A stretch of DNA of 63,978 bases, filler included, from Craspedostauros australis (taxonomy: Eukaryota): the NCBI GenBank assembly GCA_030167865.1. It is 8 parts of 8 records of this genome, joined end to end, with 100 filler letters (N's around TTAATTAATTAA, not from the genome) between each part and the next. Parts side by side here need not be neighbours in the genome. Positions count along the whole stretch, not along the records: positions 1 to 26,449 come from JALAGF010002875.1; 7 more parts are not named here. One strand, given 5' to 3'. A program made the translations under genes and the position numbers. The notes below the pieces were generated by a model. It searched no databases. It was not told where the DNA came from and saw nothing but the letters and a program-made list of their open reading frames with translations. Positions 1 through 12,143 of this stretch are shown piece by piece. Within the stretch, counting starts at the first letter, position 1. The number at the start of each line of letters is the position of its first letter.

Positions 1-645
1 TTGGCCAAAGCCAAACCCGCCCGATTTGCCACCCGTGTTCCCGGAGAACATGATGTACACGCGCTCCCCATCGAACACGCCCGCTTCGTACCACCGATTG
101 TTCATGAGGCTCTTGATGAGAGACGGTGGTTGGGTATCCTCGGTGCTGAATGGTGACGAACCGTGCTTGGTTGCCTTCATCGCGGCTCTCTTTGCGGCGA
201 GGCTCCCAAAGGTTAGATTGCCAGCCCCGAACTTCGCGCTCGTGGACCCGCCTTCTTCGCTCTTGAATTGCTCTATCAACGTGACGTTGGCATCGTTGAG
301 TGTGAGATTGCAACGGTTGTGCAGGTAGAGCTTGATTGCCTTGATGAGGAAATTGTTCTGAGAGTCTTCGTCCACGCTGATGAAGTTACCTTGCTCCGTT
401 TGGGTGGCATGGTAAGAAACGATGCGCGTGTACATGGTCTTCCCGCACATCATCGCGACGAGACGGTACAAAGTGATTGAGATGGTGGTCATATGCATCC
501 CGTTGATGATGAGGGGGATAAGACTCGTCGCAACGAGAGGCAGGATGATGGTGATGATCGCGTCCATGAACTCATTTCCCGTCTTGACCCGTCGTCCCAA
601 TCCCAAGAGAGGCAACATCGCTGGAAGGCCTGCGGCTTGGAACAT
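1..645 (-). CDS. 5' part of a probable BCS1-like/AAA-ATPase protein; runs off the left edge and is absent from the ORF track
   Basis: Open frame from ATG at 645 to the edge: MFQAAGLPAMLPLLGLGRRVKTGNEFMDAIITIILPLVA...YTRIVSY...DEDSQNNFLIKAIKLYLH. The N-terminal hydrophobic segment and NxxLxKAIxLY block resemble stramenopile BCS1-like ATPase N-termini. The ATPase domain is not in the window. Confidence 0.55.
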   Translation of the reverse strand, partial: MFQAAGLPAMLPLLGLGRRVKTGNEFMDAIITIILPLVATSLIPLIINGMHMTTISITLYRLVAMMCGKTMYTRIVSYHATQTEQGNFISVDEDSQNNFLIKAIKLYLHNRCNLTLNDANVTLIEQFKSEEGGSTSAKFGAGNLTFGSLAAKRAAMKATKHGSSPFSTEDTQPPSLIKSLMNNRWYEAGVFDGERVYIMFSGNTGGKSGGFGFGQ

Positions 646-2788
646 CTTGGTGGTCGTTGATAATCAGATCGCGTGGTTTAAGTGCTTGTTATGTTGACTG
701 CTGATGCTGTTGATGCCGTTGATGCCGTTGATGGTGTGGATGGTTGCAACAACAAATCTCGGCTTTGCTTTCCAGAATTATGAGGCATGAACCCAAGATG
801 AAGAGCGATGCTTGATTCTCTAGTCGTACACGTTTGACACTATGAGCCAAGTATTGCACGCCACAACAGATGATGATACCACACCACACGTCAGTTTTGG
901 ATGGCACTGTATGCCCAGCTCGTGTCGTCGTGGTACCATTGGTCGTGCTCGTGCACGCGCAAGTACAAGTGCAGATTAGTCGAGAGCGGATGCGGAATGC
1001 ATGAGTGTGGCGTTTGCTCCCAACGTGTGTCTCGGACTCTTGACGTCTCGATCTTTCGGCCTCCGCTGTTTGGGGCTCTGCGGTGCTCACAACGCCGTTG
1101 GCGTGTGCGCGGGTTTGGGAGGGAATTCCTTTCCGCGATTTCTTTCGTGCCACGGTTCTCGAGTCGTACTTTGCATCTCCAACCGCGTTGCCGACCTCGC
1201 ATGAAATCGTGCTTCCGGATGCGAGTCGTGTATCAACGACGGCCATGACTCGTTCGATTACGTGTCATGAACGACATCAACGTTGCTTGGATGACACACG
1301 TCTTTCGCGCCATCGAATTCTCAGCCTGGTATCGGCGCTGCCATCAATGTTGGTGGCCGCTGAGTGAGGATCTGCGGCAGCTTCGTTGGCGTCAGCTTCG
1401 TTGGGATCGGCTGAATTCGCGCCGCACCCGCCGTTGTGGTTGGTCGATGCAGTTGATCCTATGAAGCGCGGCGTCGTGTGCCGCTGCCTTGATGTCGACC
1501 TGCAAGATATTGCGATCTGCAAAGCCTGTTGCTGCCCTGCATGATGTGGAGTTGGTGACCGCTGCGATACGCTGGCGCGATGTGTTTGCGTGTGTGCCTT
1601 TCCTACAGCAGCGCACGGGCTGGGTACGGCTAATCCGACACCGTGTTCTTCCAGCCGCTCTGGTCGTTGCGACCGCACAGAATTCCGATCAGGGTATCAG
1701 GGCTGGACGCTGTGCTGCGGCAACCGCCCTTGGGAAGGTTCCATGTTCGTAGAGTAGTTGTAGTCACAGACCAACTGGCGCACCTTTCCACGGCTCCTCC
1801 TTGGGTCTCGTTTCCAACCATCGCGGTGGATCGCCTTCGCCATCGTGGGAACAGAGTCGCACTGCAACGTTGGTGGTGGTGTTTGTGTGAGCGTCTGTTG
1901 GGCACATCGTGTCTTGTCGCGCAATCGAAGCAAGTTGAAGTCCATCATCTGGGAACAATCAATCACGGATGACAGGCAGATGGGTGAACCGCGCCAAGAA
2001 TGCGTGACACAAAAGCGCACGATCACAACCCAACGTGTTTCTCCTTCGCGAAAAGACCATCTTGCTTTGTGAAGGAATTCCAGCCAGGCGACGCGTGATG
2101 GGCTGTTGGCCTTCGGAATTGGTGAAGTGCATTCGCGTTTGGTTGAAGCTCTGTCGCACATCATAAATAAAATACTCTCATCAACGATCAATCATGTGTT
2201 CGGAGAACGTCTTTGGCACGAGATTGAGTACCGTTGTCGCGATGATGAAATTCCGCTGTGATGCAATTGCATTGTCGTGGACAACAAGAATCCCATGAGT
2301 CCCCAGACGCGCTGATCGATCCTTCACAACGCGAGGGCGGTGTGACGCAAACAAGGCATCACGCCCCATGGCGAGATGGCGTTCTGTAGTTTCATTTTCA
2401 TGTCTGAGCATGCGCTGTGACAAAATGAGCCTGGGTGGACGATTCCGCCACAATCACATTGCATCGCATTCCATTGGATTACATCGTTTCGCATTGTATC
2501 ATGACACTGATACATGTTTTAGAGTACTTGAAGCCGTACCACACAGGAATCTTCAGGGACGGTTCTGTAACGCTTCACGATTTGCGGCTGCAATCCGCAT
2601 GGATTCGAGTGGCAGAGCGCTGTGGAAACAGATGAGCAACTTGGTCTGTCTTTCTTTGATGTGCAAACTTCGATCACAAAACTCCGCTTGGGCTGCAACG
2701 ACATCCATCCAAACAGAGCATCGACGATCACATCCCATCATTGCTCTTGGACAGCACCACAAGACTGCAACACTGCAACACTGCCATC

Positions 2789-4723
2789 ATGGTGAACCAA
2801 CTGCTGTCTCCGCATGAATTGCATCCAGAAACCCTCAAGCCACCGAGTTCGGGAGGCAACCCTACGAGTGGCGACGACGAGCATGGGAACACCCTGTCTC
2901 ACGACGACATGTCCGACAGCGAGGAAAGCATTGACACCACCGTTTTGCTGGACTCGGTAGGGGAGCTCGTCGAGCGGCGGGTGATGGAATCCGCATTGCT
3001 CAGGGCCAACCTCGACGACTCCCAACAAAGCCGGTACAAGCTGTTGCCGCGCTATGAAGCAACGCAGGACCTTACCATTGGCAGGGTCTTGGGTCGCGGA
3101 GGCTCGTGCATCGTGTATGAGGTGGACAATCTTGTGGGGGAGACCGTCACGGACGACCTCGCGACCACGGGCGGTTCCAAGTTCTCGCTGCTCAGACGTC
3201 TGCGCGGCAAGTCCAGATCCAAATCAAGGCAGGACAACCGTGACCATGGCAACGAGCAGGCATCGCAGCAGGGCAGCCTGCGTCTGGATAGCGAGTGGGA
3301 GGATGTCGATGGAGGCATTGCCACCGACGACGGCGCCATCGATTGCGATGTCCTAATCCACAATGGTGGGCCCCATGCCACGAAGCATGCCATCGATTTC
3401 TCCCTTTCCAACGACTTTTTCATCCATTCACAGATCAAAGACTGCCCATCAAGGGGTGCGACTTACACTGACAGCCGACATCATCATCATCATCATCAAA
3501 TGAAAGACAGTGACAACAGCAGAAGCAACAGCCAAGTGGACTACGACAAAGACTACATCACCAAGAACGGGGATGAGATGAAACGACATGTTCCGGAGTC
3601 CTGGACACAATGCGCAGTTTCCATTACGCCAAACACTGGTAGCACCAGATATGTCTTCAAGAGGGTCGGTCCGCAATACCTCAAAAAGGACAAGCTCACC
3701 TTCTTCAAGGGCGCCGTTGATCTCGCCATGGAGGCGCACTACTTGTCAGCCTTGCACCACCCCAACATTGTCACCCTCATCGGTATGAGCATTAGCGAAC
3801 CTTCCGACGACCCCAACTACTTCATCCTCGTCGAGCGGTTGGAGGAGACCCTCGGCAAGAGACGTGAGAAATGGCTCGCCCTTGATCGCATCAACAAGGG
3901 AGTCACTGGCGCCTTCATCGGAAGCAAGAAGAGGGTGAAGAAGCTGCTTCACCAGCAGATGGAGGCAGCCTACGAGATCGCAGCTGGCTGCGAGTACCTG
4001 CACGAGCAGAACATCATATTTCGTAATCTGGTAAGTGCGGCACAGTACGAGTACTGATGCATGGCAGCGTCAGACTACCATACGCTCATCTTCATGTTAT
4101 TCGGAGACTGTGCACATGTGCTCTGCCATTGCTTTGATCGATATTTGGCACCATGTGCTCACGCTGCCACTTTCAACGTCACTGCCACGTTCACCTCCTA
4201 TACCTACGCTCACACTACATACATGCGCACGTAAATGCAAATCCACATACACATCCCCATCCGCATGCAAATGCACGAGCAGAAACCAGACAACATTGGG
4301 TTCGACTCAGCCAACGTGCTGAAGCTCTTCGATTTCGGCCTGTCAAGAGAGATTCAGGAGGAGGACAGAGTCTCCGACGGATTGTATCGAATGACCGGCA
4401 TAACGGGTACCTTGCGGTACATGGCGCCGGAGGTCGCCCTCGACCAACCCTACAATCTCTCGGCAGATGTCTACAGCTGGTCGATGCTCATGTGGTTCAT
4501 CCTGGCCCTGGAAGCTCCATTTGCCTTCTTCACCCAGGTCATGCTCTACGATCGTGTGGTGCACCGCGGTTCGCGCCCCACCATCTTCAAGAGCTGGCCC
4601 AAGGCATTGGCCGCCATCATGCGACGTGCCTGGGACGCCGACATCGAGAACCGTCCCTCTTTCACCGAGATCAAGCTCGTGATCAAGGAACAGCTCTATT
4701 CTATTGAGAGAGATCTAATGTAG
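2789..4723 (+). CDS. Protein kinase (TKL-like diatom family), probable pseudokinase; exons 2789-4030 and 4283-4723
   Basis: GRGGSC Gly loop, YVFK, HPNIV, FRNL|KPDNIGF across a GTAAGT...CAG intron (4031-4282), DFG, YMAPE, DVYSW. Confidence 0.9.
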
Positions 4724-5612
4724 TAACAGTAACAGCAGCAGCAGCATCACACGCATTGTTGCCACAGGCGGGTCCACAGCCGCAAGTTCGTTGGCATCCG
4801 ACTGCAACTACGGAGGCATTCACAATCACATCCTTGCTAGGAATACACCCGGGCTACCATAGAGACCAGAGTGAAATGGAGTAGACAGTGCACTGCTGTG
4901 TGCGGTAGATGTACCAAAGGTCGCATAGTATTATATAGAATAATATAATATTACATATTACAATACACATTAGTACGAAGGTTTGTTCGAATACAGGCTA
5001 TGGTAGGTATTATGATGGAGCGTCGCACCAAATCGAAAATTGTGTTGTTTCATAGTCAGTCCCACCAAACTCATCCTGTGAATGAATCGACTACAACGAA
5101 TACGAATACAGTCCAATGCAATTGGTCGGATGGGTCCGATGGGCGCCCAAAAGCCACGATTCCGAAAGATGAGGTGACCACACAAAGGTCACATGACCGT
5201 GGATGCAAACGATCTGTAATCCCTGTCTTGTCCAAACTTTGCCGTCTGGTCACGCGCCATTTGTGCCATGTTTTCGCTTTCGCATGACACATGCCATTCA
5301 TTTGCCAACCAGCGAGAGCACACACCCAATCACACACACTCAATCACACACACTCGTTGATCTGCTGTGAGTGCCATCGATCACAAGCGTCACTTCCAAC
5401 ACGAGTAGGTCGTATTGAGCCGTCCAGGTACGAGCCACTGGCTGCGAGCTGCGAGCCAACAGGTCGACCACAGTGAGTAGTTCACCGATTCCAAGAGCAC
5501 CATCCATCACAAGGGCATCATCCATCAATTGATCCTTGCGCTGTACGACTACTCATTTATTCTATAATAATACTATAGAATATAATATAATAGTAGCCAG
5601 GACAAACCAACC

Positions 5613-8600
5613 ATGACGACGGAGGCGATGGCCGAGACCGGCAATGTTGCAGAGGACGAAAGTGCGAGAATGACAGTCGCGAGAGGCGTGGTGGAAACCG
5701 TGCTTTCCGCCGTGGATGAACCAGTGAGCGAAGAGGAGCAGGTCAGGTTGGTGGAGAAAGGCGACTCTCAGGTCTTCAAGGACATCGAATCCAACCTCCA
5801 GAAGGACATCAACGACATCTCGGATCAGCTCGAAGGCTTTGGAGGAGGGGAGGGCACGGTGGTGCAGGAGGAACAGGAGGAGGAGGAGATGGAAGTGCCA
5901 CCGGTGGCTGGCGATCATGTGGAGAAGGTGGACAAGATGGAGACGATGGAGCAGGGGCTGTCGGCTGCGACGGAGACGGTTGATGACAATGCCGCCTCCG
6001 AGCAGCAGCAGAATCGGAAGAATCAGCAATCGAACAAGATTCTGCACAGCGCCACCAGCAGCGCGCTGCGATCCACGAAGCGCGTCGCCATGGAATCGTC
6101 CGCATTGAAGTTCCGAAACATCGACTTCGTGGTTGGCAAGAGCCCAAACCAGAAGCACATCCTCACGAACATCAATGGGAAGATCAAGGATGGTCACGTG
6201 CTGGCCATCATGGGTCCGTCCGGTGCTGGAAAGACCACGCTCATCTCCGCCCTCACCCTGGACGCGCACTACGGCATGCCGTACGGCAAGGTCACGCTCA
6301 ACGGCGTCCCCATGACGGGGAGCATCTTCAAGAAGCATTGCTTCGTCGTCAAGCAGCAGGACAAGCACTGGCCGTACCTCACAGCGCGCGAGGCGCTCCA
6401 GTACGCCGCCGGGCTGTACGACATTGCGACCGCTGAGAACATTCCCATCGTTGTCGATGAGATGATTGGCAAGATGGGTCTCAATGTCTGCGCCGATACC
6501 ATGTGCGCGAGATTGTCCGGTGGTCAGAAGAGGAGGCTGAGCATCGCCGTTGCCTTGCTCAAGAGACCAACCGTGCTGTACTTGGATGAGGTGAGTATTC
6601 CTACTCTCGTCGAGCAGAGTAGAGTCTGGTGCGCGCCAGTCTGCCGTGCTTCGTAGTCACACTACGGCCAATGCACATTTCGTTGCATTGAATTGAATTG
6701 CATCGCATTGCGCTGGAGTGTCTTGTGCAAGTGCTTGCTGTGTATGTTATGCGTGTTATGCGTGCTACGAGTATGATGGGCAATGTTGCTTTTGTTGCTG
6801 GCACTTTTGGTACTACTGGCAATACTCTACTATTATGTTTCCGCTCGCCCGTTTCTGCCATTGTACTCTGCTATGTTATCTTGTGCGAGCATCTACTCGT
6901 ATGTACCATGCTGACTTGCATTCTATTATATAATAGAATACTATGTACGAACCAACTAACCAACGAATGAATCCATCAACTAACCCACTCACCAACCAAC
7001 CCATACAAATGCAACTGCAACTGCCAAACGGTAGCCCACGTCCGGGCTGGATGCGGCATCATCCTCCAACATCATGGCGGAGATTACGCGCGTGGCCAAG
7101 GAGGAGCGCTTGATCATCATCTGCACCATCCACCAGCCATCCACCAAGGTGTACAACAACTTCGACCAGGTCATGTTGCTCAGCAGCGGCAGAGTCGCAT
7201 TTTCTGGGAACGTCGACGAAGCAGTCAGCTACTTTGGATCGATCGGGCATGCGTTGCCACCGGCCACCAACCCGGCGGAGCATTTTCTGGACTTGGTCAA
7301 CAGCGACTTTTCCGGTGATCAGGAGGTCGGTCTCATTCTGGATGAATGGGAGCGCCAGTCCGGCGGCGGCAACCGCGGCTTGGGCCAATCCTCGCATCAC
7401 GATTCCACCCACAAGGACGGCACCCACGAAAATGACGCTAACGACGGCGATGACGACGACGACGATCCGCAAGGCATCGGTGCCTTCAGAGGAACGCCAG
7501 TGTCGATGCAGATCCGTATCATGTTCCGTCGTCACGCAAACCTCATCATGCGAGATCCGATTCTCTATCTGGGCCGATGCTTCATCTTCCTCTTCATCAA
7601 CGTCTTCTTCGCCTTCGTTTACTGGCGCACCAGGAAGAACGATTTCGATCAGATCTTCTCCAAGATGTGGATCCAGATCTGGTTCGTCGCTGTTCCTTCC
7701 AACAGTGAGTCAAGTGCAATACTCTGCTCCGCGATTGCTCTGCTATGTAGTTGTGCATTGTGAATTTTGTCTTGTGACTTGTGAATCGCATCGCATCAAC
7801 TCACTCATATTCGTCTTTTTCTTATTTTGGCACGTTGTCCGTTGGACTATGTACATGATTGCGCGCATTCTGCCCGCCCGGTGGCGGTCGATCGATGTAA
7901 TCATGTGCATATCTACATATCTATGTAATGCGTGCGAACCCAATGCGTGTGTGCGTGTGCGCGTATGGACATGCGAATAACAGTGGGAGTGGTCGCGGTG
8001 TACGCATTGAACGACGAGTTCAAGTCCATCCACCGTGAAACTCAGAACGGAATGTCCAGTCCTGGTGCTTATGTAACGGCAAAGTCCATCCTGGTCCTGC
8101 CCGTTCTCTTCCTCTTCGGTCTCTTCTGCCTCGTCATCCCAAGCTTCGTCATTCAGGATGCGCCGTGGAGCGCCTTCGTCGAGGTCTTGCTCATCTACGT
8201 TGCCACCATGGCGGTGTTTGAGAGCGTTGCCGAAACTTTGTCGGTTGCATTTGACGATCCTATTCTGGGGATGCTCCAGTTCATGAACTTCTGGTTCGGC
8301 AGTTTCCTGTTCGGCGGGTTCCTCATCCCCGAAGCGGATCTGTACTGGCCGCTGAAGCTCTTCTTTTACATCATGCCATTCTCCTACTACGTCCGCAGCA
8401 TGATGTACATCACGGTGACGGAGGGCGACTGGGATCAGAGCAAGGGGCTGAACTCCACCGCCGTCCTCAACCAGATGAACGTGGTCTACCCGGTCATCGA
8501 AGACAAGGATCAGGTGTGGCAAGACGTCGGCATCCTCCTGTGCATCGCCGTATTCTACAAGCTGCTCTACATCCTGCTTGTGATGAGCAAGAGTGCGAAG

Positions 8601-8624
8601 GTGACGCCATTCAACAAGAATTAA
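5613..8624 (+). CDS. ABCG (White-type) half transporter; exons 5613-6590, 7035-7704, 7984-8624
   Basis: Walker A GPSGAGKTT, signature LSGGQKRR, Walker B LYLDE|PTSGLD joined across a GT-AG intron, TIHQP, NPAEH, C-terminal ABC2 membrane domain. Confidence 0.95.
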
Positions 8625-9101
8625 AGTACATAGGTGTACTCCGCTCAACTCTTCTTGTAGAGTATTGGGAATGCCAGTCCCTGCACATTCATTGCATGCG
8701 CAAATACGCATGTTCGGTGTGTATTTCAAGCTCCTCCATGTTTGATACCTGTGGTGTACACGGGTAGAAGTACATACGTTCGTATTATTAGTTGGTTTGT
8801 TGGTTGGTTCGGTTATTCATTCATTCATTCATTCATTCATCCATCTATCAATCTTGTTCCATTGGAAGTTTGTCTGCTTGTTCATTTCATTGAGTCCGAC
8901 TCAACCGCTACAGAATATGGCAATACAAGTACATGCGGTATGGCATGGCATGGTATTGTACCGGTGCGCTGATGTTGGTTGATGGATTGCAAGTGACTTT
9001 GGCGTTGTCTGTGCATCCATGTCATGTCATGCGATGCCATGCCGTATCTTGTCATATCATGTCATATGATATGATATCGTATCGTGTTGTCCATGACCCT
9101 C

Positions 9102-12100
9102 TCAGACACCCGTGGAACGCTCCCGAAGATATATTTGCACGCCGCGAACAAGACGCCGTTCGCTGGCATCGCCTCCACCATGTCGCGACGAGCGCAGAGA
9201 TTCGCCGTCGATGCTCTTCCCGCGCAGCGAGCTGCCGTGGTTGTCAAAGCTCTGCCCCTTGGGGTCACGTCCCTGGGATGGTGTGGTGGATGCGCCTCCA
9301 CGTCGTCTCGACAACGCGTCGCTGCCAACCTTGGCGTCTCTGGGGGTTGCCACCGCCACGATCTCCACATCGTCTGTGCACATGGTGGAGATGCGGTCGT
9401 GCTCGATCTCGTCGAGTTCCTCCTCCGTGAAGAAGAGGTTGGGTAGGTCATTGGGGTCGTTGCGAGGGTACTGCCTGAGTGACGAGATCGGCGGGTACTC
9501 GAACTTGACCGTCTTCTTGCGTGCATTGCCGTTGGCCTTGGCGTTTTTCTTCTTGTGCCGTTGCTGCGTCTTGCGCAGGAGCATGCGATCGATGGGTTGG
9601 CCCTCATCGTCGAGGATCTCCTCCAGGCTGCTGGAAATGAGGGTCTCGGCATCCGGTATGGACGAGGTGGTGGTGTCGTAGGTTTGGTGCGTGTTCCACG
9701 AGCCCAGGCGGCGGATTTGATTGATATCATCTTCCTGCACTGTGTCCAAGGTGTAGACGGTGTTGTCATCGTCACCCTGCGCGAAGTTCCAAATGTCGTT
9801 GGCCGCCCGTTGCAGGTCATCGTTGCGCGTCATGGAGGCGAAGGATTCCTTGAGCGGGGCGAAGTTGCGGGGAAGATCCTCCTGGCCGCTGCACGCGAAG
9901 AAGGGCCAGGCCAAGTCTTGCAGGAGCGTTGCCTTGGTCTTGATGGCAGCCGTGGTGGAGGTCGTTTTGGAGGTGTCGATCGATCGCTGGGATCCTGTGG
10001 AGGAGTTGCTTGGCTTTGCGGCACCGTCAGATGTGTTTGAGTTTGCACTGTGGTCGAGGACGATGGCAGAAGATGCACCGTTCTTGTGGGTTGGCGTTGT
10101 TGTGGGCTGCTTTCCGGTCGCAGACGCAGATGCGGAGGCTGACGCCAGTTTGTCGCGACTTCTATGATGGTTGGCGATACTGGGACCGACCGGTTCGCGG
10201 AAGAATTCGTCATCGCTGTCGTCTCCATGAATGGCATGTGCGAAATCTGGATCCTTCTCCTCATCCGATGGCATGTGGGAGTCCGGACCATCCGAGAAGA
10301 ACGCATCATGATCCCCTGCGAGCGAAATCCTGTTTCTGTTTCTGTTTCTTTTGTTTCTGCTGTTGTTCTTAGTGTTGCCTTTGTTGTTGTTGTTGCTCAC
10401 AATGTCGGCCGTGGTGGTGATGCCGACATCGTTGCCATTGCCATTGTTGTTGTTGCCATTGCCATTTTTGTTGTCATTGATGTTGTTGTTGTGCTGCGAC
10501 GAAGATTTCATGGGAGACGGTGGAGGGCGCCTCTTCCAGTTGGCGAAGCTGTTGCTGGCCAGATCGGGCGTATTGCGATGATCGTCGTCATCATCGAATA
10601 GATCGGCCGATTTGGTGTATCCCAGAACTAGATCCTTGGTGTTGGTGTCGATGTTGCGAAGTGAATCGCGGATACTGGTGAAGGTGGAGGATGCCGCCGT
10701 ATGAATGTCCCTGAAGCTGTCATAGATGCCACTCTGGTGAGGCTGCTGCTGCTGATTCTTTTGATTCTGCCGTTGCGGGGTGGTGCCACAAGACAGGTCT
10801 AGGCCTCTCGAGGTCGGCGATCTCACGGTACCCTTTGATGGAGTGAGCGGTGTTGGTGGCATGATGGAGACGTCTTTGCTGGGGCTGTTGTGCTGTCCGC
10901 TGTTGAGTCCACTTCCGCTTTTGCTTCTGACGTTCCCTTCGTTCCTTGTGCTCGTATGCTTGGATGACGGCTTGGATGATGGCTTGGATGACGGCTTGGA
11001 TGATGGCTTGGATGAACGAGTGTTCTCGTTGGATGTCTCCATGTCCTTCGTGACGGCGATTCTGAGTCCTTTCTTTTTGTGAACACTACCGCTGTTGGTG
11101 TTGCCACTGTTGTTGTTGTTGGTGGTGGTGGTGTTCCTGCTGTTGTCATGGAGTCCTCTTGCAGAGGCAGACCTGTGATTGTGCATGCCGGCATTGGGAT
11201 CAACGCTGCGCTCTCTGCTGGCAGCCCTCGTGAGAGATGCGGAACGTGACCTGATGCGTTTCTCCTGAGACAGACGCGCAGAGTTGTCCGGAGCATTGTC
11301 CGCGATGGCGGAGTTGCTGTTGCTACTGCCGTTGATATGGCCGTTGGCATTGGTGACTGCAACGGCCGAAGAAGAGCGGTTGAGAGCCTTGCGAGATGCC
11401 GAATTGGATGCGGAGGGTGGTCTGGGAGTGATGATCTGCGCGTTGGTGGCCGTCACAGCGACTGAGTTCGGATCGGTGTCAATCCGCAAGGACTGAGCGT
11501 TGGGCTTCGTCCGGCTGCGCCTGCGGATTGGAGTATCCCCCTTCGGCGATGGCAGTTTCGCTTCGGACGCGCTTGGCGAAGTTGGGGCGCGAGGTGAGGA
11601 GGATGACGTTTGCGACGACAGGGAGGAGTTGCTCTTGATCCTTCGCCCGGGCTTCGATCCTGCAGGATCCATCTTGGATTTGGGTGGTGGAGGCGGAGGT
11701 GGTGGCACCTGCATCATGTGAAGAATGGTCTCTGGTTGTGACAAATGATGCTGTTGATGTTGCTGTTGATGCTGCTGCTGACTTTGGCCATGGCTGTGAC
11801 TATGATTGCGACCATGGCTGCGATTGTGGCCATTGCTGTGGCCGTTGCCATGGCCTTTGTTGTGGGGATGAGAAGGAGAAGGAGCGAAGGATGATGATGA
11901 TGGACCAGCTCCTCCAGCACCAGCACCAGCACCAGTTCCAGTGCCAACATTAGCACCTACATTAGCACCTGCACCGGCCATGGGATGCCTAGGCGGAGAC
12001 TGTGAGAGACTCAGCATGGTGGCATCAGCTGGTTTGGAACCGTTGAAGGACTTGTCTGTCTTCTCTCTAGGTGGTGTGCTGTACTCTTCTCCATCCAACT

Positions 12101-12143
12101 TGACGTGACGAGGAGCATGCCCAGAAGGTAAATGGCGCACCAT
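9102..12143 (-). CDS. Large, mostly disordered S/N/H/Q-rich protein of unknown function (~1013 aa)
   Basis: 3-kb open frame; likely ATG at 12143 (MVRHLPSG). C-terminal block KKTVKFEYPPISSLRQYPRNDPNDLPNLFFTEEELDEIEHDR looks conserved. Confidence 0.75.
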   Translation of the reverse strand: MVRHLPSGHAPRHVKLDGEEYSTPPREKTDKSFNGSKPADATMLSLSQSPPRHPMAGAGANVGANVGTGTGAGAGAGGAGPSSSSFAPSPSHPHNKGHGNGHSNGHNRSHGRNHSHSHGQSQQQHQQQHQQHHLSQPETILHMMQVPPPPPPPPKSKMDPAGSKPGRRIKSNSSLSSQTSSSSPRAPTSPSASEAKLPSPKGDTPIRRRSRTKPNAQSLRIDTDPNSVAVTATNAQIITPRPPSASNSASRKALNRSSSAVAVTNANGHINGSSNSNSAIADNAPDNSARLSQEKRIRSRSASLTRAASRERSVDPNAGMHNHRSASARGLHDNSRNTTTTNNNNSGNTNSGSVHKKKGLRIAVTKDMETSNENTRSSKPSSKPSSKPSSKPSSKHTSTRNEGNVRSKSGSGLNSGQHNSPSKDVSIMPPTPLTPSKGTVRSPTSRGLDLSCGTTPQRQNQKNQQQQPHQSGIYDSFRDIHTAASSTFTSIRDSLRNIDTNTKDLVLGYTKSADLFDDDDDHRNTPDLASNSFANWKRRPPPSPMKSSSQHNNNINDNKNGNGNNNNGNGNDVGITTTADIVSNNNNKGNTKNNSRNKRNRNRNRISLAGDHDAFFSDGPDSHMPSDEEKDPDFAHAIHGDDSDDEFFREPVGPSIANHHRSRDKLASASASASATGKQPTTTPTHKNGASSAIVLDHSANSNTSDGAAKPSNSSTGSQRSIDTSKTTSTTAAIKTKATLLQDLAWPFFACSGQEDLPRNFAPLKESFASMTRNDDLQRAANDIWNFAQGDDDNTVYTLDTVQEDDINQIRRLGSWNTHQTYDTTTSSIPDAETLISSSLEEILDDEGQPIDRMLLRKTQQRHKKKNAKANGNARKKTVKFEYPPISSLRQYPRNDPNDLPNLFFTEEELDEIEHDRISTMCTDDVEIVAVATPRDAKVGSDALSRRRGGASTTPSQGRDPKGQSFDNHGSSLRGKSIDGESLRSSRHGGGDASERRLVRGVQIYLRERSTGV
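10959..11014. repeat. Coding 12-bp tandem repeat (SSKP x4)
   Basis: GGCTTGGATGA(C/T) repeated about 4.5 times. Confidence 0.85.

Noticed and set aside
2242..2315. Possible C/D snoRNA (ATGATGA...CTGA)
   Set aside because: Weak terminal stem and no convincing rRNA complementarity of 10 nt or more recognised.
689..2700. Short ORFs between the AAA gene and the kinase
   Set aside because: No motifs, many non-ATG starts; treated as intergenic.
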